A stretch of DNA of 41,015 nt from IMG/VR virus record IMGVR_UViG_2880389630_000006, one strand, 5' to 3'. The DNA comes from a virus (taxonomy: Duplodnaviria > Heunggongvirae > Uroviricota > Caudoviricetes). The translations under genes and the position numbers were made by a program. Shown piece by piece: positions 16,549 to 25,889 of the stretch (position 1 is its first letter; each line of letters starts with the position of its first letter). A model generated the notes under the pieces. That model worked only from the letters and a program-made list of their open reading frames with translations, was not told the DNA's origin and made no database searches.

Positions 16549-19019
16549 CAGAATCCCCCAACAGTAAGGCGAGGAATAACGGCAAGAACAGACAGCGGCA
16601 ACGGGTCAAGCTGACGGATTTTTACACGTCCGTTTTTGCCCCAGTTACTGTCCAGTTTCACTTCTACTTTTCCGGTAGCGTCATCAACAGGATCATCGTA
16701 GAACTCGAATTCACGCTGTGGATATTCGTACCATTTACCGCCGGGCGTAGTCGCCCAGATGCCGCGACTGGCATTCACAACCAGAGTAACGGAGGGGATC
16801 ACCTGTTTTTTGTCCAGCAGCGTTTCCTGTCCGTTAATGTTGATATCCAGTGTTTCGAATTCAGCAGTTATTGGCAGGCCGATGTGCACTACAGCCCCCG
16901 GAGATTCCAGCGTGACGGCACCTCCGGAAACCACTTTCTGTGGTTCCACGTTCGCATCAGAGAGAATGTTTACGGTCTGGCCTTCAAGATGAGACAGGCC
17001 TCCAAATGTCCGGCGCGCCATCTGCCAGTTCGTGGTGGCCACATTCCTGAGGGATGGCGGGACGTTCCTGTTAGCACGAACCACTACAGCGGTATTGCTG
17101 GTTACAGAAATAATGTCGCAACGTAATTCTTTTGACACTTCATCGCCAGTATCAGGAACAGTTCCGGTATAAGGGAACTGTAGTTGCGCACCGACATCAC
17201 TACTGGTGAAGTACGCACCACCAGAAACACTGATTGTATATTCCTCGCGGTAATCCCATTCGCCAGAACCACCAGTGATTGTCATCGTTCTGTCAGACGT
17301 ATTTCTTCCATCATAGCTAAGGCCAGAATCAACAAAGAAAGCGTCTTCATCGCTGGTAAATAAACGGCTGGACAGCCGTTCGATGTATCTCACTGTTTGC
17401 CCGTTAACGGTTCGGTTAACGACGAAATACACCGCATCTTCATTGCCTTCGCTGATACTGCATGTGCTTTCATATTTTCCGGTACTGGATTGTGGTGCCC
17501 ATGCAAAAACCTGCTGATCACGCAAATAGGTCATCACCAGTAATTTACCGTCATCACGAATGCAGAAGGCGCTGGAGTAAGGGACAATCGAGAAGCACCA
17601 GTCAACAATGCTGTGCTTCTGAAAAAGATGATTGGCAAGGATGGTCAGGTCGTTCCCCTGATAGCCGTCAACATCGAATGAGTAGGCCAGATCACGGACA
17701 ACACTGCCTTTCTCCTGGACGAACAGAGCAATATTCGCCACGGCAATTGGTGGGACATTGCTCGAGCCATTTGATCCCTGAGAGCTGAATGCAAATGATG
17801 ATGGGGTAAGCACTTTGTTCTGGTCGCCAGTGATGACGTACTCACCTCCGGAAGTCAGCGCCACCAGCGAACCAACATCAATCAGGTGACGGATCTCATT
17901 AACCTGACGCCCGGCATAGGTGTAGATAATTCTGTCGTCATCCTGCGTAGGATTGCTTTTGCCAAAATCCTTATAATCCCCGGTACGGCTGGCCCAGATA
18001 GTCTGAGGAAACGCAGTCGATGCGGCGAAGTAAAGGCGTTGTTGATAATAAACAACAGTGCCAGGATAACCGTTAATACTGTCCCAGGCATATTTAGCCC
18101 ATTTATAGCTGGCATTATCCTCGCCAACTACCTGCGAAGGGATATAGGAAATCACCTCGGCAGTTGCAGTAGTTCCATTTGCAGCAGAGATACGGGCAAT
18201 GCCAAAACCACTGTGCAGATACTCCCACTCAATGCCGGTATCATCATCACCGGATCCGCCCCAGCCATCCCATGATGTGCCTTCTGTATGCGAAGGGCGC
18301 AAAGTGCCTGTTTTGCCTGCTGTAACGGCGCGATAGTAGTTACTGTCTGCACGGCGAATATCGCCAATCGACGTACTCTTACTGGTTTCCCATACCGGCA
18401 CAGAATCCACTGCAGGCTGTTCCAGATAGAACAATTTGCCTACCTGCTCCGCGCCAAAAATTGAGGCGCTTGCCGTTAACGTAATTGTCCCGGTGCTGGC
18501 GCTGGCATAAACCGTCACTGACTCGTCAATATTGATATCTTCAAATGGCCCGTTCTTCGTTACCACATCAACCAGTTGCCAGTTGTCATGCGCATAGCGG
18601 CGCAACTCTTTCGGCGGGTATGCCGGATGAACCAGCGTAAGCACGTCTGCGCTTTGCGTGAATTTAATTCGGAACAGATCGGCTTCAGTATATGGCGTGG
18701 CAATTTCATAAATAACATTGCTGCTGTTCAGCACCAACGCACCATCTTTGATAACGCGCATGTACTGGTGTCCGAACTCCAGAGCATAAGTCTGAACCGT
18801 CGAGAACTGGAACGGGATCAGGCGGCATTTCCGATTTGGGTATTTGGCGGCACCGACAAAACGCGTACCAGGTCGATTCTCAACGCCGCCATACTGCCGC
18901 ACGATAAAGTTATCGCACTTGCGCAATGCCACCTGGTACTTCGCCATGTCGATACGACCGTACAACGACGGTCCAATCTCACCACCGGCAAAGCTGGGCT
19001 GGATCCAACTGATAGCCAT
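16548..19019 (-). CDS. Tail tubular protein B-like (nozzle)
   Basis: 823 aa, immediately after the gp11-like gene; size and position match podovirus tail tube B. No enzymatic motif seen. Confidence 0.5.
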   Translation of the reverse strand: MAISWIQPSFAGGEIGPSLYGRIDMAKYQVALRKCDNFIVRQYGGVENRPGTRFVGAAKYPNRKCRLIPFQFSTVQTYALEFGHQYMRVIKDGALVLNSSNVIYEIATPYTEADLFRIKFTQSADVLTLVHPAYPPKELRRYAHDNWQLVDVVTKNGPFEDINIDESVTVYASASTGTITLTASASIFGAEQVGKLFYLEQPAVDSVPVWETSKSTSIGDIRRADSNYYRAVTAGKTGTLRPSHTEGTSWDGWGGSGDDDTGIEWEYLHSGFGIARISAANGTTATAEVISYIPSQVVGEDNASYKWAKYAWDSINGYPGTVVYYQQRLYFAASTAFPQTIWASRTGDYKDFGKSNPTQDDDRIIYTYAGRQVNEIRHLIDVGSLVALTSGGEYVITGDQNKVLTPSSFAFSSQGSNGSSNVPPIAVANIALFVQEKGSVVRDLAYSFDVDGYQGNDLTILANHLFQKHSIVDWCFSIVPYSSAFCIRDDGKLLVMTYLRDQQVFAWAPQSSTGKYESTCSISEGNEDAVYFVVNRTVNGQTVRYIERLSSRLFTSDEDAFFVDSGLSYDGRNTSDRTMTITGGSGEWDYREEYTISVSGGAYFTSSDVGAQLQFPYTGTVPDTGDEVSKELRCDIISVTSNTAVVVRANRNVPPSLRNVATTNWQMARRTFGGLSHLEGQTVNILSDANVEPQKVVSGGAVTLESPGAVVHIGLPITAEFETLDININGQETLLDKKQVIPSVTLVVNASRGIWATTPGGKWYEYPQREFEFYDDPVDDATGKVEVKLDSNWGKNGRVKIRQLDPLPLSVLAVIPRLTVGGF

Positions 19020-19627
19020 CAGGACAACCTCGCAATGGTAAACTCGTCAACCGGTGGCTGTGGTTCCTGTGATTCATTCTGGCTATGCGAGCCAGCACTA
19101 AGAATCACGCGATTGTACATATTGAGGGCAAACGTACCGAGGTCTGCATTCCCAGTCAGCGCCATGTTAATAGCTGCCGCAAGACGCCAGGCCAACGCCT
19201 CCATAAAAATGGCATCAAACATGTTCACATCTGAAACGCGAGAGACATACTTGAGCCATGCCTGCGGCTGGTCTGTGTAGATCAACTTTCCTGTTCCGTC
19301 GGTGTCTGCACCAACTTCGTACTGAACTCGCATTGCTGCTGTTGGATTGCGAACACCGGGAAGCATGATTTCAGTGATGCGCAGGCAATCAGACGGGTAC
19401 TGATACGCATACGCCCAGTCAGGCGGTGGATTGCTCGTATCTGCAAGCGCCACGCGTTTGGTAGCAAAGTTCCAGTCAAAATCAGAAAGCACAGCATCAC
19501 GACAGGCATCGAAATGCAGGGAACACTCCCCCGCCTCTTTGCTGGCCTCAGTCAGGCTATTGATGCTGCGACTGTTGCCGATATTCGACAGCGCGCGGTT
19601 GCAGATCTCGACAACAGAAGCCATCAC
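19019..19627 (-). CDS. Tail tubular protein A-like (adaptor / gatekeeper)
   Basis: 202 aa; N-terminus ICNRALSNIGNSRSINSLTEA resembles the T7 gp11 N-terminal pattern (VNDILASIGEPPVSTLEGD); position between head genes and the nozzle gene. Confidence 0.5.
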   Translation of the reverse strand: MMASVVEICNRALSNIGNSRSINSLTEASKEAGECSLHFDACRDAVLSDFDWNFATKRVALADTSNPPPDWAYAYQYPSDCLRITEIMLPGVRNPTAAMRVQYEVGADTDGTGKLIYTDQPQAWLKYVSRVSDVNMFDAIFMEALAWRLAAAINMALTGNADLGTFALNMYNRVILSAGSHSQNESQEPQPPVDEFTIARLS

Positions 19628-19953
19628 TCACCCCCGTTACCGTAAAGGGTTTCAGCAGCGGATTTATCCGGCTCGCCGGTTGCAGGTGCGATCGCCATGT
19701 CGGTGATCTGCAGGTCTGCGCTACGGTTAACGCCGTCATCAGTTTCGCGGGCAGACAGTCCGCGAATTACCGCCTTAGCAGTAATCATCACTTCGGTTCC
19801 TACACCCTGCGGTTGCGCCTTGAGCTTATTCAGCGTGTCATTGTTCAACGTGATGCAAAGCCCCCATGGATATTCGTCGCGGTTTTTGGTTTCTCCGCTC
19901 TCGTCCTGGTAGCTGTCGGTGCCGATTTTGAGGTTGACCAGTTCCATATACAC
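19624..19953 (-). CDS. Small head/tail-junction protein
   Basis: 109 aa ORF translationally coupled to the downstream tail gene. Confidence 0.45.
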   Translation of the reverse strand: MYMELVNLKIGTDSYQDESGETKNRDEYPWGLCITLNNDTLNKLKAQPQGVGTEVMITAKAVIRGLSARETDDGVNRSADLQITDMAIAPATGEPDKSAAETLYGNGGE

Positions 19954-19997
19954 TCCTGCAATAAAGGGGCCGAAGCCCCTTGTCTGATACGCGAGGC

Positions 19998-20333
19998 TTA
20001 CACGCCCAGTTCTTTGCGCTTATCTGCGATTTTCTCGCGAAGCGTTTCGGCTTTGGCGTTATGGTGCGGCTTCTCGTTAAAGAGCAGTTCATACTCTTCG
20101 CGGATCTTATCCAGATCGCCATCTTCGGCTGCATCGTTGATGGGTTTGGCACTGGTTACGGTTTCTGCTGCTTTACCTGTAACCTTTGCTTTCGCCGCCT
20201 TCGCTGCATCGTTGATGGGCTCCAGTGCACTACCTGGCTCGCCGTCGTATTCAATTTCAGAGCCCTCCGGCCACAGGTTATTGTGGATATGAGAGAGGCG
20301 CAGAACGCGGTACTTCGGTTTCTCACCTGACAT
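19998..20333 (-). CDS. Small capsid-associated protein (possible decoration/staple protein)
   Basis: 111 aa, Lys/Ala/Glu-rich, directly downstream of the capsid-region genes. Confidence 0.45.
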   Translation of the reverse strand: MSGEKPKYRVLRLSHIHNNLWPEGSEIEYDGEPGSALEPINDAAKAAKAKVTGKAAETVTSAKPINDAAEDGDLDKIREEYELLFNEKPHHNAKAETLREKIADKRKELGV

Positions 20334-20343
20334 CGATATCCCC

Positions 20344-20781
20344 TTAGCCGGTTACTTTGGAGCGGATCGGATACGGCGTATTTGCATCAACATCCAGGTT
20401 AATGCCGGAAGTGAATTTGCCGGCCGTTAGTGGGTCAGTTGCGACGGAGTAGTTAACACGCAGATATCGCTGAACACCGGCAGGCACCTTTGCAGAAACA
20501 ACTCGTTTACCTGCTGTCAGGGTAGCCTTTGCCAGTGCGCCACTATCATAAATAGTGGACCATGAGCTGTTATTCTCACTCGTCTGCAACTGGATGTTTA
20601 CAGTTGCCTCACCACTTGCCGTGGCGGCTTCGTTAACCAGCGCCCAAAACTCAAGCGGGTAACCCACGCCGATATCGCGACGATTTCCATCAATTGGACC
20701 GAGATCGATTACGTCAGTAGAAGCCGCGGTATCAGTTACCGCCTGTGCTTCGGAGAACATCAACAGTTTGTCGGTGATCAT
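20344..20781 (-). CDS. Capsid-associated protein (possible decoration protein)
   Basis: 145 aa, Ser/Thr/Ala-rich beta-type composition, directly after the major capsid gene. Confidence 0.45.
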   Translation of the reverse strand: MITDKLLMFSEAQAVTDTAASTDVIDLGPIDGNRRDIGVGYPLEFWALVNEAATASGEATVNIQLQTSENNSSWSTIYDSGALAKATLTAGKRVVSAKVPAGVQRYLRVNYSVATDPLTAGKFTSGINLDVDANTPYPIRSKVTG

Positions 20782-20832
20782 CTTCTTTCTCCATTAGTGG
20801 GTCTGTTACGACCCACTGGTTAATAACAGGCG

Positions 20833-21825
20833 TTACACCACACGGGCTTCTGTTTCCAGAAGCGCATCAGTTTCACGGATTGGTACACCACGGAATGAAG
20901 TCCACCACTCGCCTTCTGTCTCTTTTACGCTGATCGCCAGAGATGTTTTCTCCAGAGATTGCAGATCAAGAGCCTGGCCTACAGTGCGGTTCATGTAGAA
21001 CACCGGGCGACCCATTCCACGGTTTGGAATGCGATGCAGTGCTTTAACCATCAACTTCGCAATATTTGCGGCAGAGGAAGGTTCTGAAAGATTGCTGACA
21101 TCGATGTTTGCAATGCGAACAACATAACGCCAGTCACGCAGAGCAAGTCCGTTGTCCCATTTGTAATGGGTGCGATAGCCTTCGTACTTGCCGCCATTAG
21201 CATCTTCCAGTGTCACCTGGCCTTTATCTTCCATCTGGATGCCAGCCTTCTGCCCTTTCGGGAAGATGCCATGCACGGTGTTTTCGCCCCACACCACTAA
21301 CCAGATTGAGGTGTTATCTGTACCCGTGCCACCAGCATCAATGATGTTCTGAGCATTACCCGCAGACAGGCTGGAATAGCGGGAGGACAGTCCCATAAAC
21401 TGCTGAGGGTTAACGCTGGAATCACCATAAAACAGTGTCTGCGCCATCTGCTGATTCATCGCCTCAATAAATGCGCGGTCTTCAGACAGGCGGAATTCGG
21501 CGGTATTACCGTTCAGATCAGCCAGTGACTTATCGACTTCAGCATAGGTTTCCAGCATGCCAACGTAATCGGTGACCTGCACTGTGGTTGATTTGCTTGG
21601 CTGTACGCCATAGTTCAGCAAACGCCAGGTAGCTGAAGGTAAACCAGAACGAATGGTGGTTCGGTGTCCGGTAGGAAGGTTCCCTTCGACAAAAGGCATA
21701 TCCTGAAGGATCGGGTTAGTTTGACCGAGAAGCTCGATAATCTTATCGACTTTCCCGTTTGGATCGACGCGCTTACCCCAGTCAGCCAGCGTTAGCGCAG
21801 TTAAGCCTTTAACAGACATTGTCAT
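20833..21825 (-). CDS. Major capsid protein
   Basis: 330 aa, directly downstream of the scaffold gene; size and position typical of a major head protein. Confidence 0.65.
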   Translation of the reverse strand: MTMSVKGLTALTLADWGKRVDPNGKVDKIIELLGQTNPILQDMPFVEGNLPTGHRTTIRSGLPSATWRLLNYGVQPSKSTTVQVTDYVGMLETYAEVDKSLADLNGNTAEFRLSEDRAFIEAMNQQMAQTLFYGDSSVNPQQFMGLSSRYSSLSAGNAQNIIDAGGTGTDNTSIWLVVWGENTVHGIFPKGQKAGIQMEDKGQVTLEDANGGKYEGYRTHYKWDNGLALRDWRYVVRIANIDVSNLSEPSSAANIAKLMVKALHRIPNRGMGRPVFYMNRTVGQALDLQSLEKTSLAISVKETEGEWWTSFRGVPIRETDALLETEARVV

Positions 21826-21833
21826 TTCCTCTC

Positions 21834-22535
21834 TTATTTGCCATAGAGCACTTCGGCCGCACTACGCTGGCCTTCATTACCACCGGTGACCATGCCATCT
21901 TCAGACATCGCCTTTCCGATTTTCACGAACGTTTTGACCAGATCAGGGTGATTACCCAGCCCGGTGGTGTTCAGATATTCTTTGAGTTCAGGTGTCCCGA
22001 ACTGGTCAAGCGCACGCTGTGCGGCGCTAAGGTTAGAAATCAACTTGTCGCCACCGATTTCTTTGTCAGCTTTTACATCCGCAGCCCACTGCTCGGTTGT
22101 TTTCTGCCAGGCTTCTGCCTGGCGCTGCTGAACACCTGCCAGAATCTTCGGATAAGCATCAACCAGCTTTTGCGCTTGCTCGTTGGTCAGGTTTAGTTCT
22201 CGCGCCACCGGCTCGAATTCCTTCAACGCTTCTGTATCCAGCTCTACGCCTTCGGCAGCCTGAAACTCGTACTTCTCAGGCGCACCATCTGGTTTATCGC
22301 CGTCCTTTTTTTCATCCTGCTTATCGTTTTCAGGCTTTTTGTCATCAGCAGGTTTATCGCCATCAGCAACAGGTTGTGGCTTATCACCTTCCGGTTGTGA
22401 TGGATCACCAACTGGAGCAGGGTTATCACCTGCAGGCGCTGACGGTTCTGACGCAGCCGGAGCTGCTCCACCATCGACTGGTTGCTCATTGCAAAGACGG
22501 CGATACAGCAAACGCTCAAATAAATTCATGATCAC
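21834..22535 (-). CDS. Scaffolding protein
   Basis: Highly acidic Pro/Asp/Lys-rich N-terminal half (PAPVGDPSQPEGDKPQPVADGDKPADDKKPENDKQDEKKDGDKPDG), helical C-terminal half; between portal and capsid genes. Confidence 0.6.
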   Translation of the reverse strand: MIMNLFERLLYRRLCNEQPVDGGAAPAASEPSAPAGDNPAPVGDPSQPEGDKPQPVADGDKPADDKKPENDKQDEKKDGDKPDGAPEKYEFQAAEGVELDTEALKEFEPVARELNLTNEQAQKLVDAYPKILAGVQQRQAEAWQKTTEQWAADVKADKEIGGDKLISNLSAAQRALDQFGTPELKEYLNTTGLGNHPDLVKTFVKIGKAMSEDGMVTGGNEGQRSAAEVLYGK

Positions 22536-22828
22536 TCCTGTTCACTGGCCTCTTTGGCCATCTTCAAATACTGTTCAGGGCAATGCGCCATAACGCGCTG
22601 AAACAGTTCCAGCGCCAGATTGCGTTGCCCCTCATTAAATGCCATTGCCATAGCGTCCATCGGTGAGATAGCGGAAAACACACGGCCTTTCTCCAGCACC
22701 GACCAGACAACGCGACGCCCCTGTTCACTGCTCATGACAAAGCGAATGTCATCAATTTCACGCTGTGCCATGTCACGTTGCTTACGGGCGTTTTCTTCTT
22801 TCAGTTGATCATCTTCGTAATCTGTCAT
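22532..22828 (-). CDS. Small head-assembly-associated protein
   Basis: 98 aa ORF overlapping portal stop and scaffold start (translational coupling). Confidence 0.45.
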   Translation of the reverse strand: MTDYEDDQLKEENARKQRDMAQREIDDIRFVMSSEQGRRVVWSVLEKGRVFSAISPMDAMAMAFNEGQRNLALELFQRVMAHCPEQYLKMAKEASEQE

Positions 22829-24504
22829 TGTGATTGCCCACCCTGACCACTAACTGCATTCGCCATAGCTGACAAAACACTCGGATCCGAAGTTTTAGCT
22901 TCGCTTAGCGTCTTGGCGCCCTGTGCCGCCGCCATTCCCATCGCCATCATTTGTTGCTGCTGTTGCTGCTGTGCCCGTTGCTGGCGAGCCTGCTCAACCT
23001 GTTCCTGCGGAACAATGACGGTTGGAGACACTCCGGACATATCAGCGAATGCATCGATCGCCTGATCAACATTGAGTTTGTCGAGAGCTTCTGGTTTCGC
23101 TTGCGCAAGTTGACCAATGAAGTTGACCGTAGACGCCAGACTGGACAGGCCGATAGACTTCTGCGCCTGAGCCATGACGGAAATGTATTCGACCTTCAGG
23201 GGCATACCTTCCATCGCGTCAGGCGGTGGCGGCAGCATGTTTTTACGCACCATCATCGAGAAAGCGCGGTCAATGAGAGGATTAAGACATTCGTCGTTCA
23301 GACGCTCCAGAACCGGCCCCAACATCAGAAGTTTTTCTTCTTTCATTTCGATCACCGCTTCAACAGGCATCGAGCGGGTATTGATGTTCTGCAACATCAT
23401 GAACAGATCGACAAAGTAGGCGCTGTTAATGATTTGACGAGTGTCCTGAATGTCTGCCACCAAATCTGCTGTACTGGGGTTAACCAGATAAGCAGGCCTG
23501 AAGCCATCCTGACCAGTAATCTGATCGATATACGTGATGTCGCCAGGAAGAAGGGAGGCGCGCTGATTCTTGAGGGAAGTCGGAGCAACCATCGGCGGAT
23601 TGGTGGCTTTATCAATCAACTGCGACTTGCGCTTCTGGAGAAGCTGCAATGCCTTAACAGGTCCAAGCGCCAGCATACCCGGGCATGATGATCCATAAAC
23701 ATCTTCGCCGTTAACTTCCCAGCGCGGAGCCATAATTGGAAACTCATCGAATCCGGACTCACGCAACAACTTGTCGTTATCTCCACCAACCTCGTAATAA
23801 ACCGATTTGAATGGCTTGTTCTTGCTATCCAGCTTCGATGTATCGCGGTCAATGTTCGGGTAAACCGAATGCATCACTTCGATCCACTTCTCGTAGGTGC
23901 CGCTTTCCCACATGCTTTTTACGGATTCGCTGACGTTATTTAGCCCGAACTCCTGAACAAGCTGACGAACAGTCATAGAGAACTTGCGAAAACAGGTGTC
24001 AACACTGCCACGAGGTGAGTTAGCCAGGTAGTAACTGCCTATCGGGAATGGCATTGTGCGAATGATGTCCTCGTCATCCTCCAGCACTGCCATTGCACCA
24101 GTGCTGTATGTGCCGAGGCTTCCGTATAACTGCGGAAGAGACTGGTAGAGATTCGAATTATTGAACATATCGTTCATGCGGTTCTGAACTGCCTCAAGCC
24201 ACAACTTAACAGGGCCATAATCCATCATTTCAGGATCTGGCGTAGCCAGGCGAAACCACGGACGCGCAGGGCTTGTGATGCCTGACATCATGCCGCTGGC
24301 GAGAGTGCGCGCCGCCATAGTCCCGGTCGAATCAATAATGCGTGTATTGCGTCGATCGTTACGGTTGACCTCAGAAGTCAGAAAGCGGGAACCACGCGGG
24401 TTGATGTAATCACTCAACTCGCGCCAGTGCGGCTCGAACGACTGACGCTCGCTTTCAAGTTGTGCGAACTGTTTGTTCAATCGCTCTTTAGTTGTTTCCG
24501 CCAT
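22825..24504 (-). CDS. Portal protein
   Basis: 559 aa, first large gene after terminase; Gln-rich C-terminal tail (QQRAQQQQQQQMMAMGMAAAQ) typical of podovirus portals. Confidence 0.7.
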   Translation of the reverse strand: MAETTKERLNKQFAQLESERQSFEPHWRELSDYINPRGSRFLTSEVNRNDRRNTRIIDSTGTMAARTLASGMMSGITSPARPWFRLATPDPEMMDYGPVKLWLEAVQNRMNDMFNNSNLYQSLPQLYGSLGTYSTGAMAVLEDDEDIIRTMPFPIGSYYLANSPRGSVDTCFRKFSMTVRQLVQEFGLNNVSESVKSMWESGTYEKWIEVMHSVYPNIDRDTSKLDSKNKPFKSVYYEVGGDNDKLLRESGFDEFPIMAPRWEVNGEDVYGSSCPGMLALGPVKALQLLQKRKSQLIDKATNPPMVAPTSLKNQRASLLPGDITYIDQITGQDGFRPAYLVNPSTADLVADIQDTRQIINSAYFVDLFMMLQNINTRSMPVEAVIEMKEEKLLMLGPVLERLNDECLNPLIDRAFSMMVRKNMLPPPPDAMEGMPLKVEYISVMAQAQKSIGLSSLASTVNFIGQLAQAKPEALDKLNVDQAIDAFADMSGVSPTVIVPQEQVEQARQQRAQQQQQQQMMAMGMAAAQGAKTLSEAKTSDPSVLSAMANAVSGQGGQSQ

Positions 24505-24518
24505 TTCAATGACTCCGG

Positions 24519-24725
24519 TTACTGACCAAGCAGCGTTTTACCGCTGGTATTAGCGGTTGATGTGTCGCCCTGAGAACCGGTAAGCAGCGTAGAACTACGA
24601 CCAGCAGCAGCGCGACGGCGACGTGTTTCTTCGTCGCGGGCATCAACAACGGCGGCATCCTGCTCCTGTGGTGCTGCCTGAACTTCTGGTGTTGCAGGCA
24701 CTGATGGTGAGCTACCCATGCACAT
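24519..24725 (-). CDS. Small ORF upstream of portal
   Basis: 68 aa with GGAG SD 9 nt upstream; Ala/Thr/Arg-rich; may be spurious. Confidence 0.3.
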   Translation of the reverse strand: MCMGSSPSVPATPEVQAAPQEQDAAVVDARDEETRRRRAAAGRSSTLLTGSQGDTSTANTSGKTLLGQ

Positions 24726-24793
24726 ATCAATGACTCCGTACGCAATTAAATCATTACCAATTTAACCACATATGATTTATTTATCGTAGAATG

Positions 24794-24831
24794 TTGACAT
24801 TTAACGCGTGAATTATTACCTTTCAGGTAAC
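24794..24831 (+). promoter_or_regulatory. Putative promoter (TTGACA -35) with overlapping operator ATTACC-TTTCA-GGTAAC upstream of the tRNA
   Basis: TTGACA at 24794-24799; the 16-bp operator core at 24815-24830 is identical to the site at 5931. The -10 element is ambiguous. Confidence 0.4.
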
Positions 24832-25152
24832 TAAAGAGCTCATTCTGGTTACTAACCTGACTGGCTTGTCGTTAAATTAAACAGGTGGAGTGAGCTTTTA
24901 TTTTGAGCAGTACGGCGTATGGCACATGCGCCGATAGCGGTCTGGATACGTTTAAGGGGCACCCTCCCTTGCTCGGGCAAACGAACCAGGTAGCCGGAAT
25001 GTGCAAGTCGAGCGGTTTTATTCCGCGCACGGGGATTCACCATCCCGGCGATTCGGTGTGACGCCTCGGAAGAGACGAGGGTACAACGATGAGAGCATTT
25101 ATGGAGCCGCGACAAAGTGTGGCGCCTTAACAGGCTAAGTGCTCTCAGCGTT

Positions 25153-25229
25153 GTGGCATTAGCTCAGTCGGACAGAGCAACCGCCTTCTAAGCGGTTGGT
25201 CGCAGGTTCGAATCCTGCATGCCACGCCA
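25153..25229 (+). tRNA. tRNA-Arg (anticodon UCU)
   Basis: Hand-folded cloverleaf: 7-bp acceptor stem GTGGCAT/ATGCCAC, D-arm gctc-agtcggaca-gagc, anticodon stem accgc/gcggt with loop CT-TCT-AA, T-arm gcagg-TTCGAAT-cctgc, discriminator G plus encoded CCA. Resembles but is not identical to enterobacterial argU. Confidence 0.85.
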
Positions 25230-25427
25230 GAATCACGCCTAAGGACCGTGATGCCAGAAGTTCCAGGGGCTTGGCGGTGATGGTTTCCCTTGAAGGACTA
25301 TCACCGCCCTTTTTACAGCAGGACGCCATTGCGATGACTTCATGCTGTAAACCCGTACAGCCACGGAAGGCATAACTCATTGCTTCCAGTTCGCCCGGTT
25401 CGCCGGGCATTTTTTTAAGGTGAGATT

Positions 25428-25799
25428 ATGAACGACAAGCAAATCGAAAAAGAAATCGTTGAGAAAGGCAAAACGGCACCGCGCGTTACGCCAGACCATA
25501 TCGAAGGCATTATTGCTCAGGAGGCATATTTCACAGCAGAAGATGGTGCCTTTGGCAAAGCCATAAAAGCGAAACATACTGGCGGAGAGGTAAACTACCA
25601 GCCGCACGAATCACTTTCTCTGCTGACGTTCTGCGTCCTGGTGCTGCGCAACGGCTTCACCGTCACCGGAGAGAGCGCCTGTGCAAGCCCGGAAAACTTT
25701 GATGCAGAAATTGGTCGGAAGATTGCCCGGCAGAATGCTGTAAACAAAATCTGGATGCTCGAAGGTTACTTGCTGAAGCAGAAGCTAAGCGAGCAATAA
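25428..25799 (+). CDS. Conserved phage protein, Gp49-like (tentative)
   Basis: 123 aa on the strand opposite the flanking terminase/portal genes; family assignment from memory of the Gp49-type signature (LTFCVLVLRNGFTVTGES), unverified. Confidence 0.45.
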   Translation: MNDKQIEKEIVEKGKTAPRVTPDHIEGIIAQEAYFTAEDGAFGKAIKAKHTGGEVNYQPHESLSLLTFCVLVLRNGFTVTGESACASPENFDAEIGRKIARQNAVNKIWMLEGYLLKQKLSEQ

Positions 25800-25802
25800 C
25801 AC

Positions 25803-25814
25803 CGTGACATGTCA
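25803..25814. repeat. 12-bp perfect palindrome GTGACATGTCAC, copy 2 of 3
   Basis: Exact sequence, between the stop codon at 25797-25799 and the terminator hairpin. Confidence 0.9.
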
Positions 25815-25846
25815 CAAACAGCCAGCCGATGAGCTGGCTTTGTTTT
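25815..25846 (+). terminator. Rho-independent terminator
   Basis: Stem agccagc/gctggct with loop cgatga followed by tttgtttt. Confidence 0.7.
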
Positions 25847-25889
25847 ATCCTCATCAGAGGATATCAACGACATTATCCCCACCAGCGGA

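Noticed and set aside
9069-23688. Numerous 60-250-aa ORFs antisense to or out of frame with the large virion, portal and terminase genes (for example 9735-10196, 12003-12479, 14868-15485, 18576-19280, 22951-23688)
   Set aside because: All lie wholly inside longer, well-supported genes on the opposite strand or in another frame, lack SD sequences, and give low-complexity translations; treated as shadow ORFs.
25033-25100. Possible second (degenerate) tRNA in the leader upstream of tRNA-Arg
   Set aside because: A T-arm-like hairpin exists, but no complementary 7-bp acceptor stem or proper anticodon arm could be built by hand.
24852-25410. Minus-strand ORFs 24852-25115 and 25159-25410 across the tRNA leader and the tRNA
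   Set aside because: Arg-rich, low-complexity translations that overlap a well-folded tRNA on the other strand; no ribosome-binding sites.
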